This document shows positions 23,801 to 30,862 of a DNA stretch of 41,602 nt, in pieces (position 1 is the stretch's first letter; every line of letters begins with the position of its first letter). Source of the stretch: a virus; IMG/VR virus record IMGVR_UViG_3300045988_096059, positions 1-41,602 of that record; one strand, given 5' to 3'. The notes beneath the pieces were generated by a model, which was not told where the DNA came from, did no database searches, and saw only the letters and a list, made by a program, of their open reading frames with translations. The translations under genes and the position numbers were made by a program.

Positions 23801-26800
23801 AAAGATGCCAACTCGTTTGCCTTTTCCAGTACGTTCATCATCTGTTCTGCTGCAGCTTTGTCTCCGGCTTCGAACCGCTTAGAAAGTTCTTCGGAAAGTG
23901 CCCGTGCTCTTGCAAAAGCAACGTGAGCATCCTTATCCGGGAGTCCATTCAGCGTGTCAGTATCAAGGAAGTTCTTATAACAGCGCATGAAATCATCGTC
24001 AATTTCTCTTGCAACAAATTCCTTAGCATCTGCCTGTGTGTATCCCTTTGCTTTGCCGAATACGCCATCTGCCGCCTTTTCATCAAATATGGCTTCCAGT
24101 TCCTCATTCCCTTCAACGAAGAGCTTTCTTGTTTTCTGGGCGTTACGTCCCATCTCACCATCAGAAGCTACTTTGCGAACGTCTTTCATAATATCAGATG
24201 CTGGCGGATTTTCTTTCTTTATCTGTTCCCCGGCAGTCTTTGCCATAACGACTTTGTCAGCATTGTCGTAAGCTGCCTTAGACTCTGCCATCCAGTTTTC
24301 CTGTGCTTTCGGATCTTTTTCGATTTTAGCTATGGTCTCTCTCTGCACCTTGGATACAGGTGTGTTCTCTACCATATCCATAGCCTTCTGCGGACTTGTT
24401 CCCATCTTCTGCAGCTGATCCAGAATATCATCATCCGTAAAGCCGTTTTTCCGCATGGAGTCAATGTGACGCACGATTGCTTCGTCGTTGGCTTTCACCG
24501 TCTGCCTTGCTTCTTCGGATTTTGCAATCGGTTCAGCAGATTTTACATTATATGCCCCTGCGTCGATTGCTTCATTGAAGTTTTTAACGGTGGTGTCTGA
24601 TACTTCTTTACCCACACGTTTGCTGATATACGCTTCGTTTGCCGGAACTTTTTCTCCGAGAATATCTGTATACCCATTCCGCAGCCGTTCATCAAGAAGC
24701 AGCTCGATTCTCTTTGAAACAGCATTGTCAGCCTTAGAACCGCCTTCTATAATGTCGTTTAGCCCTTTTTCAATCTGCTTATAACTATACTTGTACTCGT
24801 CACGCAGGAATGCTATATCGTCGGTAGTCATTCTGGAAGTACCAAAATATCCGCCGGAGTATCCGTTGTTCTCATTTACAACAGGTGAAAAAGTCTTTTC
24901 GCCTTTAACACTCTCATTAAGGTCTCTAAGCATTATCTTTGCTTCGTCCTGGATGTGTTCCTTTAATTCCGGACTTTCATTTGCGATAGCTTTAACATTC
25001 CTTTTTGAAACGTCCTTCATGGTTCTCTTAGGTGCAGGAGCACTCGCTCCGGAACGTTCCTTTACTGCATTATAGTTATCCAGAAGCTGTACTGCTTCAT
25101 CAAACTGTGCCGGTGTTAAATCATCAAATGACTTCGCATTAAAGTAATTCAGAATGTCTTCCTGCGAAACGGCTCTCGTTGTAGCCGGAACGTCTTCTGC
25201 TTTCAAGTTTGCAATACGTTCCGCATTGTTTGCGTCACGCTTTGCTACGTCTGCCGCTGTGAGAGACTTCACCTCCGGCAGGGCTGTAAACGGTTTTTCC
25301 TGCTTTGCCCGAAGTTCGTCTACTGCTCTCTGTCCGGCTCTCTCTGCTACAGTATTCTTCGCCTGTGCTATGGCTTTCTGCAAGAACTTAGTCTCTGCCG
25401 GTGTCAATTCAATACCGGACTTCTGTTTTGCTAAAATCTTCACAGTCTTCTGCAAGTCTTTGGATGTCAGCTTGCTTACAGCTTTTGTCCCTACGTCGAT
25501 ACCACCACCGACCAACAGGTCTAATCCGGTGTTTAATGCAAAGGCTTTCCCTGCCTCTCCCCAGTGCACATTGCCGTTTTCATCCGTGGCGGATTTTATA
25601 GCGTCAGAAGCATTGAGCGGAGAAGATACTGCCGCATCTGCCACACGACCGGCTACAAAGCGTTTGGTTGCCGTTGTGCCGCTTTTTCCTGCGGTCTTGG
25701 AGGCATTCTTCGCCGCGGCGGAAATCATCGCTCTGGACGCATCGTCGAGCTGTCCACGCACAAGTCTCTTTGCAGTACCTTTACCGGCTATCTTGAGTCC
25801 TGTTTTCGCTCCGTTTTTCGCAAGTGCTTTAGATGCTTGCTTTGTGCCCATATTTTTGAGCAGTCCCTTTGCGATTCCGCTTTCACCGGCACCAAGTCCG
25901 CCGCCAAGGAAAAACGAGCCCACCTGTCCTGCCATGTATCCAGCCTTATACGCCGTTGAGTCCTTAGACTTCCTGTTCTGCACTTTTTCTCCATTGGAGT
26001 ATGTGCCGGACCCCATTCTATCCAAAGATACCGGAAGAGGGTTCAATCCTTCCATGGCACCGGATGCAAACTTGCCCTTTTTCAGTGCCGCAGTGTTCAG
26101 ACTTCCTACGGTCTTGGCAAGGTTTTTCCCGAGTGCGGCGTTCTTAGCCTCCACACTTGGCATCCGCTCGGCGTTCTGCAACCTTAAATATTCATCACTC
26201 GTAAGATTCCGGTATTTCAGTGTTTTAGGGAGTGCCTTATCGACAGCCTTATCGACCTTAGCCTTTGCTTCCGGCATATATTCCTTGATAGCCTGCTTCT
26301 TCTGGCTGTCTGTGAGCTTCCCGTGCTCTTTTTCGTTACTAAGGTCTTTATATGCGTCTCCGTATGCTTTGGAGTAGCCTGCCACCTTTGCAAGCCCTCT
26401 TGCCATTCCAGTATTCGTTTTATATGATTTCGTCTTTACCTTTGCACCGAGAGCGTCTATCTTTTTCGCCTTTGCTACAGCTTGCTTACCGTCAGCACGC
26501 AGATTATCCCTCCACGTCTTGTTTTTCTGCTGATTTGCAGCTGCTTTTTTCTGCGCATTACGCATTTTGGTGAGCTTTAAAGAGGCTTGGGCTACCTTCT
26601 GTGCCGCCTGACGTTTCCGCTCTTTTTCCGCCGCCGCTCTTTTAGCCGCTTCCTGTGCCGCCCGTGCCGCAGCTTGGGCAGCCTGTGCCACATCATTCCT
26701 ATTAGAGGATTCTTTTTTCTTATTTGCGGCTTTCTGAACACTTTTTTTGAAGGCGGTTTTTTTTGTCTGCTTTGCGACTTGGCGCATAATGGATGCAAAT

Positions 26801-26820
26801 GACGTTTTCTTCTTAGCCAT
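20860..26820 (-). CDS. giant virion-associated / polyvalent-like protein (1,986 aa)
   Basis: Uninterrupted ORF with RBS GAGGGAG. It has a Lys/Ala-rich N-terminus, Gly-rich hydrophobic segments, long helical regions, an EF-hand loop DEDGNGSLNKKE and an Arg/Gly/Ser tail. No enzymatic motif recognised by eye. Confidence 0.8.
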   Translation of the reverse strand: MAKKKTSFASIMRQVAKQTKKTAFKKSVQKAANKKKESSNRNDVAQAAQAAARAAQEAAKRAAAEKERKRQAAQKVAQASLKLTKMRNAQKKAAANQQKNKTWRDNLRADGKQAVAKAKKIDALGAKVKTKSYKTNTGMARGLAKVAGYSKAYGDAYKDLSNEKEHGKLTDSQKKQAIKEYMPEAKAKVDKAVDKALPKTLKYRNLTSDEYLRLQNAERMPSVEAKNAALGKNLAKTVGSLNTAALKKGKFASGAMEGLNPLPVSLDRMGSGTYSNGEKVQNRKSKDSTAYKAGYMAGQVGSFFLGGGLGAGESGIAKGLLKNMGTKQASKALAKNGAKTGLKIAGKGTAKRLVRGQLDDASRAMISAAAKNASKTAGKSGTTATKRFVAGRVADAAVSSPLNASDAIKSATDENGNVHWGEAGKAFALNTGLDLLVGGGIDVGTKAVSKLTSKDLQKTVKILAKQKSGIELTPAETKFLQKAIAQAKNTVAERAGQRAVDELRAKQEKPFTALPEVKSLTAADVAKRDANNAERIANLKAEDVPATTRAVSQEDILNYFNAKSFDDLTPAQFDEAVQLLDNYNAVKERSGASAPAPKRTMKDVSKRNVKAIANESPELKEHIQDEAKIMLRDLNESVKGEKTFSPVVNENNGYSGGYFGTSRMTTDDIAFLRDEYKYSYKQIEKGLNDIIEGGSKADNAVSKRIELLLDERLRNGYTDILGEKVPANEAYISKRVGKEVSDTTVKNFNEAIDAGAYNVKSAEPIAKSEEARQTVKANDEAIVRHIDSMRKNGFTDDDILDQLQKMGTSPQKAMDMVENTPVSKVQRETIAKIEKDPKAQENWMAESKAAYDNADKVVMAKTAGEQIKKENPPASDIMKDVRKVASDGEMGRNAQKTRKLFVEGNEELEAIFDEKAADGVFGKAKGYTQADAKEFVAREIDDDFMRCYKNFLDTDTLNGLPDKDAHVAFARARALSEELSKRFEAGDKAAAEQMMNVLEKANELASFSGRALNAAKLLVKTTPEGRVRMALKDIDRLNSRYSSRLKNGKLELTEDQVQRILNASDDEITDVMDEINREIWDKIPATLFEKFNEIRHLSMLGNLKTHERNLVGNYMFKAVRSLSDGMEVVMNKMAKSHIEKLGGEVDMVKVDRKIIKENKELLDKEFKEAYDNSGSINRYIESTRPEGVTAVEWKALRWMVNKNYNLLEKEDMLTFIPEFKKNYVRKCESKGWDIKNLTAEQKNEARNYALFKAEYATFRDTTQFSSWLTGLKQKTEGAKGKTRLGTAGYRLANAALESSVPFVKTPVNVFRRSVDFSPISLIRATTKLVKQEDPELFKQGLHDLATGLTGTGVFGLGMYLAESGVITVKAGNVSGDAYYDRDMGFQDYSLNIHFPNGKEYSWTIDWASPMQSSLFMGAQVWNEITADGWQPMAVWNCLTAMTGPMLDMSFMSGTKDTVENFIDQAYRQGNGEADWSGAAFQALFGSVPQGYLNGFVPQVSSQLAGALDSKMRDTRSTKENPVSKSWDSWRRKMINRVPGLRNKLLNPKVDRFGNDVENGNNVVTRLLQSFVNPSNVKEIKFTKMDKEIIAIYNHMEEGNDKKFFFYNFTGNPSYDLGNGKRMTYDEAYKFGKESRRQQASGIKDMIDAKSYKNMTWKMKSSEVKDAHWIGQTCADLKTYGAKFAANRIAKNEENDKEARRANKMLGGTDKEFVNFYIQKEKLIARSHASDYYIKAMAVALSGNDKMATAYGIHTDKVKAAKEYLNSGGNRKEFTNASCNIASGINKAGVSTSTANKAVSAAGFNIKERTYRALGLSEQKANMGVGLKNFGYTFKSLTEHKFMSVYQCDEDGNGSLNKKELVKYIDSLGLSSKAEKACLFEYLKGSSAKNPYGRIPNYLSFDKLDKVSSGRGRGGYGRSGRRRSGRSGSSSTSTKKTNMPSWESYVKDALSNSGKVSAVNLKDWDSPIDSSFKSKTAKIRKKTTARM

Positions 26821-26841
26821 ATCTTACTCCCTCTCTTACTC

Positions 26842-27411
26842 CTAGTAGCCTTTTGCGTATGTTGTCAGATAATTGATTCGAGCCTGAATGATTGCCCTTT
26901 CCTGGTCTGTTGTTGCAGAACTGTAAGCTCTCTGCAAAGAGCCTGTGTCATAATATGCACCATACTTCGCTTGCAAAAGGTCAAGAGCAGCAGCTTTATT
27001 ATCCGCCTGCTGATTCTGTGCAAGCTGTCTTTCTTCTGCCTCTCTCTGTTCGGTGTAATTGATTTTCGCCTGATCTGTTGTCTGCTTATAGTTGAAAAGG
27101 TTGTCCGCCGCCTGCGAATCAATGTCCTGCAATGCTCTGGATTTTTCCTTATTCATGTCGTTTCTGTTATTCTCATAGTTTGTTGCAAGTTTTAAGTGCG
27201 AAGTTTCTGTCGCTCCGCCGCGGATACCGGATTTCTTGAGATTTTCATTCAGATTTTTCTCGTTCTGCATCCGGGAAATGTACGCTTCTTTCAGCTTGGA
27301 GTCGTAGTCCTCTGTGGTCTGCTGTTTCTTCTTGGCGGTGTCTGCTTCGTTTTTCTTCCTGTACTCTTCGTACATGTTGTCATACCGTTTTAATTCATTT
27401 TCGTATGCCAT
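26842..27411 (-). CDS. coiled-coil protein (189 aa), partner of the giant gene
   Basis: RBS AGGAGGA. Highly charged Q/N/K/E-rich helical sequence. Confidence 0.65.
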   Translation of the reverse strand: MAYENELKRYDNMYEEYRKKNEADTAKKKQQTTEDYDSKLKEAYISRMQNEKNLNENLKKSGIRGGATETSHLKLATNYENNRNDMNKEKSRALQDIDSQAADNLFNYKQTTDQAKINYTEQREAEERQLAQNQQADNKAAALDLLQAKYGAYYDTGSLQRAYSSATTDQERAIIQARINYLTTYAKGY

Positions 27412-27421
27412 GTTATCCTCC

Positions 27422-27456
27422 TAAAAAAAGAAACCCCCGGAGTTTCCCCCGGGGAG
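27422..27456 (-). terminator. Intrinsic terminator after the lysis cassette
   Basis: Minus-strand RNA CCCCGG-GGGAAACU-CCGGGG followed by GUUUCUUUUUUU. Confidence 0.7.
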
Positions 27457-27465
27457 TATTCTGTT

Positions 27466-27759
27466 TTACCGAGAAGCCATCCGCCTCTCGTAGTCTTCTA
27501 TCGCATGTTTGACTTTCTGCTTGTACTCGTGTGCTTCGGCAAGATCCCCGTTAGGCTCTTTGCCAAACAATGTGCACTCTACAAGCTCCTTCGTGACGCA
27601 AAATATAGCATTAAGAGCCTCAAGTGTCAGCTTTTCACGTTCTTCTTCGGCAGCTCGTCTCTTTTCTGCCTTCATCTGCTGTCTGGTGACTATTAGCATA
27701 GTCAGCCCTGATAAAATAGATGGAATTGCCGCAATGACAACTCCTTGAACCATTGTCAT
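27466..27759 (-). CDS. N-terminally membrane-anchored protein (97 aa), lysis-cassette accessory
   Basis: TM VVIAAIPSILSGLTMLIV followed by a charged helix. It lies directly downstream of the endolysin. Confidence 0.55.
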   Translation of the reverse strand: MTMVQGVVIAAIPSILSGLTMLIVTRQQMKAEKRRAAEEEREKLTLEALNAIFCVTKELVECTLFGKEPNGDLAEAHEYKQKVKHAIEDYERRMASR

Positions 27760-27768
27760 GCTACCCTC

Positions 27769-28443
27769 CTACACGTTGATATGTACGCTCGTTCCCATCT
27801 GTCTAGTGTTGGCGTAGGAATACTTCGCGCCGTATTTATATGCCAACGCTACCACCTGCCGGCGCCCGGCTGCGGTATCGCAGATGCCTTTGATATAAAT
27901 ATCTGCCGCCTTGCCCTTCTTGTGGGAAGAGTTCTTATTGCCTCCTACCTGTGCATTGTGTCTATTGCACCGCTGACCAGATCTGATATTGACTGGTCTG
28001 CCGTAATGCGCCCGGATTTTTTCCAGAATGTTCAGCAGCTTCGCGCTAGTGTTTCCTGCCGGATATCCGTTGCAGTATCTGCCTCCGCACTTGCATTTGA
28101 ATTCAGATTTTTTAAAATGTGCGCTGGATCCACCGGATGGCGTTGATACCGTTGTTCTGCCGGACGACGTACCGCCGCCAAGGTATGCCGTGCTGCCGAT
28201 CTGTGCGCAGATCCATCCGGACGGGATCTGCACCCACACCTGATTGCCTACAGTCTTGACGACTTTTACCGTCACGCGTGTGCCATTTTTCAGCACGGCA
28301 TAGGTGCCGGCTTTTGCAGCTTTTTTGCCGCTCGCCGTCAGCTCCGACCGTTTTTTCTGGCGGTAGTTTGTTCCCGGACCCGTCCGCACCTTAATTCCAG
28401 ACTTCGCGCTGATTGTATATGTTTTCCCCGCGCTAAATGCCAT
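27769..28443 (-). CDS. endolysin: SH3-like binding domain + peptidase M15 (zinc D-Ala-D-Ala carboxypeptidase-type) domain
   Basis: C-terminal FKKSEFKCKCGG...IRSGQRCNRHNAQVGGNKNSSHKKGKAADI matches the Peptidase_M15_3 motif (SG.R....N...GG...S.H..G.A.D). The N-terminus is an SH3b-like beta domain. Confidence 0.88.
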   Translation of the reverse strand: MAFSAGKTYTISAKSGIKVRTGPGTNYRQKKRSELTASGKKAAKAGTYAVLKNGTRVTVKVVKTVGNQVWVQIPSGWICAQIGSTAYLGGGTSSGRTTVSTPSGGSSAHFKKSEFKCKCGGRYCNGYPAGNTSAKLLNILEKIRAHYGRPVNIRSGQRCNRHNAQVGGNKNSSHKKGKAADIYIKGICDTAAGRRQVVALAYKYGAKYSYANTRQMGTSVHINV

Positions 28444-28446
28444 TGT

Positions 28447-28719
28447 CTACACCTCCTCTTCCAGACTGTCGGATCCATCTCCATCTTCCTGCAACGCCTT
28501 TTTGTAGTTCTGCGCTTCTTTCGCAGCGCGGGTCACGTTGTTGTTTTTCCACCATAGCCACAGCACCGACAGCCCTGTTGCGATCTGCAATGCGATGTTA
28601 GAAAACGCCGTCTCATCGAATGGGATAGGATTCAACCCTTTCGCAGTCAGCACGCTGTTCAGCATCAGAATCGCTGCTACCAGCAGTCTGATAAACGCCT
28701 TTATTGTTTCGTTTTTCAT
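28447..28719 (-). CDS. holin (two TM)
   Basis: 90 aa, directly upstream of the endolysin. TMs IRLLVAAILMLNSVL and ALQIATGLSVLWLWW are followed by the KNNNVTRAAKEA motif and a charged tail. Confidence 0.8.
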   Translation of the reverse strand: MKNETIKAFIRLLVAAILMLNSVLTAKGLNPIPFDETAFSNIALQIATGLSVLWLWWKNNNVTRAAKEAQNYKKALQEDGDGSDSLEEEV

Positions 28720-28722
28720 GGT

Positions 28723-28869
28723 TTACACCTCCTGTTTTTTCAGTAACTCGATCAGTTCATTGTACTGATCCTCTGTGAGTTTTCCAGTTGCAAAGAATAC
28801 GTCGATACGTTCTTCCAGTCCTTCCGTTTTCCCCAGCTCAATCAGTCTTTTTAGCACTCTGTATAGCAT
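28723..28869 (-). CDS. XkdX-like small protein (48 aa)
   Basis: Not in the track. RBS GAAAGGAG. MLYRVLKRLIELGKTEGLEERIDVFFATGKLTEDQYNELIELL resembles XkdX (G.IT.E.Y..I) and sits in the usual pre-holin position. Confidence 0.55.
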   Translation of the reverse strand: MLYRVLKRLIELGKTEGLEERIDVFFATGKLTEDQYNELIELLKKQEV

Positions 28870-28882
28870 TTCATGCTCCTTT

Positions 28883-29146
28883 CTACTCGGTCAGTCCGAG
28901 CTCTAAATTGATAAGTCTTTCTTCGTGGTCTACCAGCATAGATAGCGTATCCTCTTCCACCGTAGGCTCCTGCGGCTGTGGCTCTGGCTTCGGTAGCGGA
29001 TCATGGATGAATTCACCGTTTTCGTAACGGTATTCTGACACGTCTCCGTCTGGGAACGATTCAACCACATTATCGTATGTCTGCCCGTCAATGCAGGCGC
29101 AGACGGACAAGACTCTATTGTCTTCGCCTAAATTTAATGCGTACAT
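28883..29146 (-). CDS. hypothetical protein (87 aa), XkdW-position fibre-associated
   Basis: ...YRYENGEFIHDPLPKPEPQPQ...RLINLELGL, between the tail fibre and XkdX. Confidence 0.55.
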   Translation of the reverse strand: MYALNLGEDNRVLSVCACIDGQTYDNVVESFPDGDVSEYRYENGEFIHDPLPKPEPQPQEPTVEEDTLSMLVDHEERLINLELGLTE

Positions 29147-30183
29147 TAGATCACTCCTTTCACGATAAATATCTTTATTGGAATGACAAATGATGGTCGC
29201 TCAACTGAATTTTTGTCCAAATGGTCTTTTGAGTACCCTTTACCAAATTCAATCCCATTGCTTTTCCATACCGCTCCCCTAAATGCTGTTCCTATGACTG
29301 TACCACTGCTTGAATAATCTGTATTATATGGCGCATCCATAATGTATGAATTGCCATCACAGGTTAGTATCGCCACTTTCCACAAAGTTGAACTTTTTGT
29401 TATCTTAAACACCACAAGAATAAAAAATGCGCCCGTAACATTCAGCTCAATCGTTTGCGCGGGAAAATCGCTTCCTGGACTTGCATTCTGCCACACTTTC
29501 TTGATCTGCACCCCATTCTTTTCATCCAGGCTTCTCACCCAGCCTTTTGATCCGGGGTACCACCCACTGGCGTTTCCAGACCGATACCACACTGGACTGT
29601 TTCCGTCTAATCCTATGAACTGCTGCGCTACTATAACGCTGCCAGATGTGAAGTTGTACAACCAGCCGTATTTCATCGGCTGATTTTCCAGCAGCCCTTC
29701 CGCGCTGATATACGCCAACCCTGTGCCAGCTTTCACCCAGTTGGCGGTTGTGTCACCACCTCCGCTTCCGGTAAGGAACGATAAATCGCTAGCTGGTATG
29801 TATTGCATATAATTCATCGCCGCAGCTCTTGTAGTTTTTCCTGTACCCCCCTTATTGAGTGGCTGTACCTTGTTCTCTTCTGCGGTCATGCGAGATTTTA
29901 GGTCTGTAACATCGCTTAATGCTCCGTCTACCTTGTCTCCTATAGCATAAATACCGTAGATTTCCTCCCACACACCTTCACATACAGGTACTGTGTACTG
30001 GATAGTTCCATCTGTGAGAGTAACTTTTGACCGCATCCACAAGTACTTATTGTTTCCCAGTGTAGGCGGAGTTGCCGACCAAGAACCGCCATCAAGAACA
30101 GCGGAACTGGAAGACAGGTAATACTCCCACGAAAAATCACTGACTCCCACGCCCTTGACATTTCCGATAAATCGTTTTGCCAT
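29146..30183 (-). CDS. tail fibre / receptor-binding protein (345 aa)
   Basis: The motif LNKGGTGKTTRAAAMNYM (GGTG.T.A.AR.NL-type fibre motif) precedes a beta-rich C-terminal domain. It follows the collagen-like fibre gene. Confidence 0.7.
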   Translation of the reverse strand: MAKRFIGNVKGVGVSDFSWEYYLSSSSAVLDGGSWSATPPTLGNNKYLWMRSKVTLTDGTIQYTVPVCEGVWEEIYGIYAIGDKVDGALSDVTDLKSRMTAEENKVQPLNKGGTGKTTRAAAMNYMQYIPASDLSFLTGSGGGDTTANWVKAGTGLAYISAEGLLENQPMKYGWLYNFTSGSVIVAQQFIGLDGNSPVWYRSGNASGWYPGSKGWVRSLDEKNGVQIKKVWQNASPGSDFPAQTIELNVTGAFFILVVFKITKSSTLWKVAILTCDGNSYIMDAPYNTDYSSSGTVIGTAFRGAVWKSNGIEFGKGYSKDHLDKNSVERPSFVIPIKIFIVKGVI

Positions 30184-30186
30184 TTT

Positions 30187-30858
30187 TTATTCCTCCGGTT
30201 CTATGTAATAAAGATTTCCTGTTGTTGCATCGTATTCAAAAGTACCGACTTTTCCTGACGGTCCTTGCGGTCCGGCAGGTCCTTGTATTCCCTGCACGCC
30301 TTGCTCTCCCTGCGGACCGGTTGCTCCTGTGTCGCCCTTTTCTCCTTGGATGCCTCGTTCCCCTTGGTCGCCTTTTGCACCCTTGAGCGATGCAAGCCAT
30401 TGAGCTTCCGTACCAGAGTATCCATTTTGCTTAGCGATTTCATATGCGGACAATCCGGTAGCTCCGGTCTCTCCGGTTGGACCTTGTGGACCGATTGCCC
30501 CAGTTGCGCCTTGCTTACCCTGCGGGCCTTCTGGACCTTGTGGTCCAGTATCGCCCGTATCACCTTTTACTCCGGGGACACCTTGTTCTCCCTGAATGCC
30601 TTGTATCCCTTGGATGCCCTGTTCGCCTTGGATTCCTTGTTTGCCTTCGTCTCCCTTGTCACCCTTTGCGCCTTTCAGTGATGCAAGCCACGCTTCTTCG
30701 TCTCCGACAAAGCCGTTTCTCACAGCAACTTCATATGCAGATGCTCCGTCGATGCCAGGCGGTCCCTGCTTACCCTGTCCGGAAGACTCTTTCAGTTTGT
30801 CGATAGCCTTTGCCAGTTCCGGTATGGATGCGTTATAATCTTTTCTGTTTAGCTTCAT
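30187..30858 (-). CDS. collagen-like (Gly-X-Y) tail fibre protein
   Basis: Two blocks of GXY repeats ([22 protein letters not shown]... and [22 protein letters not shown]...), each preceded by [22 protein letters not shown] at 30858 is preceded by GAGGAG. Confidence 0.85.
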   Translation of the reverse strand: MKLNRKDYNASIPELAKAIDKLKESSGQGKQGPPGIDGASAYEVAVRNGFVGDEEAWLASLKGAKGDKGDEGKQGIQGEQGIQGIQGIQGEQGVPGVKGDTGDTGPQGPEGPQGKQGATGAIGPQGPTGETGATGLSAYEIAKQNGYSGTEAQWLASLKGAKGDQGERGIQGEKGDTGATGPQGEQGVQGIQGPAGPQGPSGKVGTFEYDATTGNLYYIEPEE

Positions 30859-30862
30859 ACCA

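Noticed and set aside
23923-24600. 225-aa plus-strand ORF antisense to the giant gene
   Set aside because: The reasoning is the same as for 25154..26377. It has no RBS, an implausible Cys/Phe/Leu-rich sequence, and is nested in the 1,986-aa ORF.
25154-26377. 407-aa plus-strand ORF antisense to the giant gene
   Set aside because: It is a shadow ORF of a Lys/Ala-rich coding region. It has no RBS, its composition is low-complexity Ser/Ala/Phe, and it lies entirely within a far longer, well-supported minus-strand ORF.
30201-30563. 120-aa alternative-frame ORF inside the collagen-like gene
   Set aside because: It is an out-of-frame reading of GXY-repeat DNA. The collagen frame is unambiguous.
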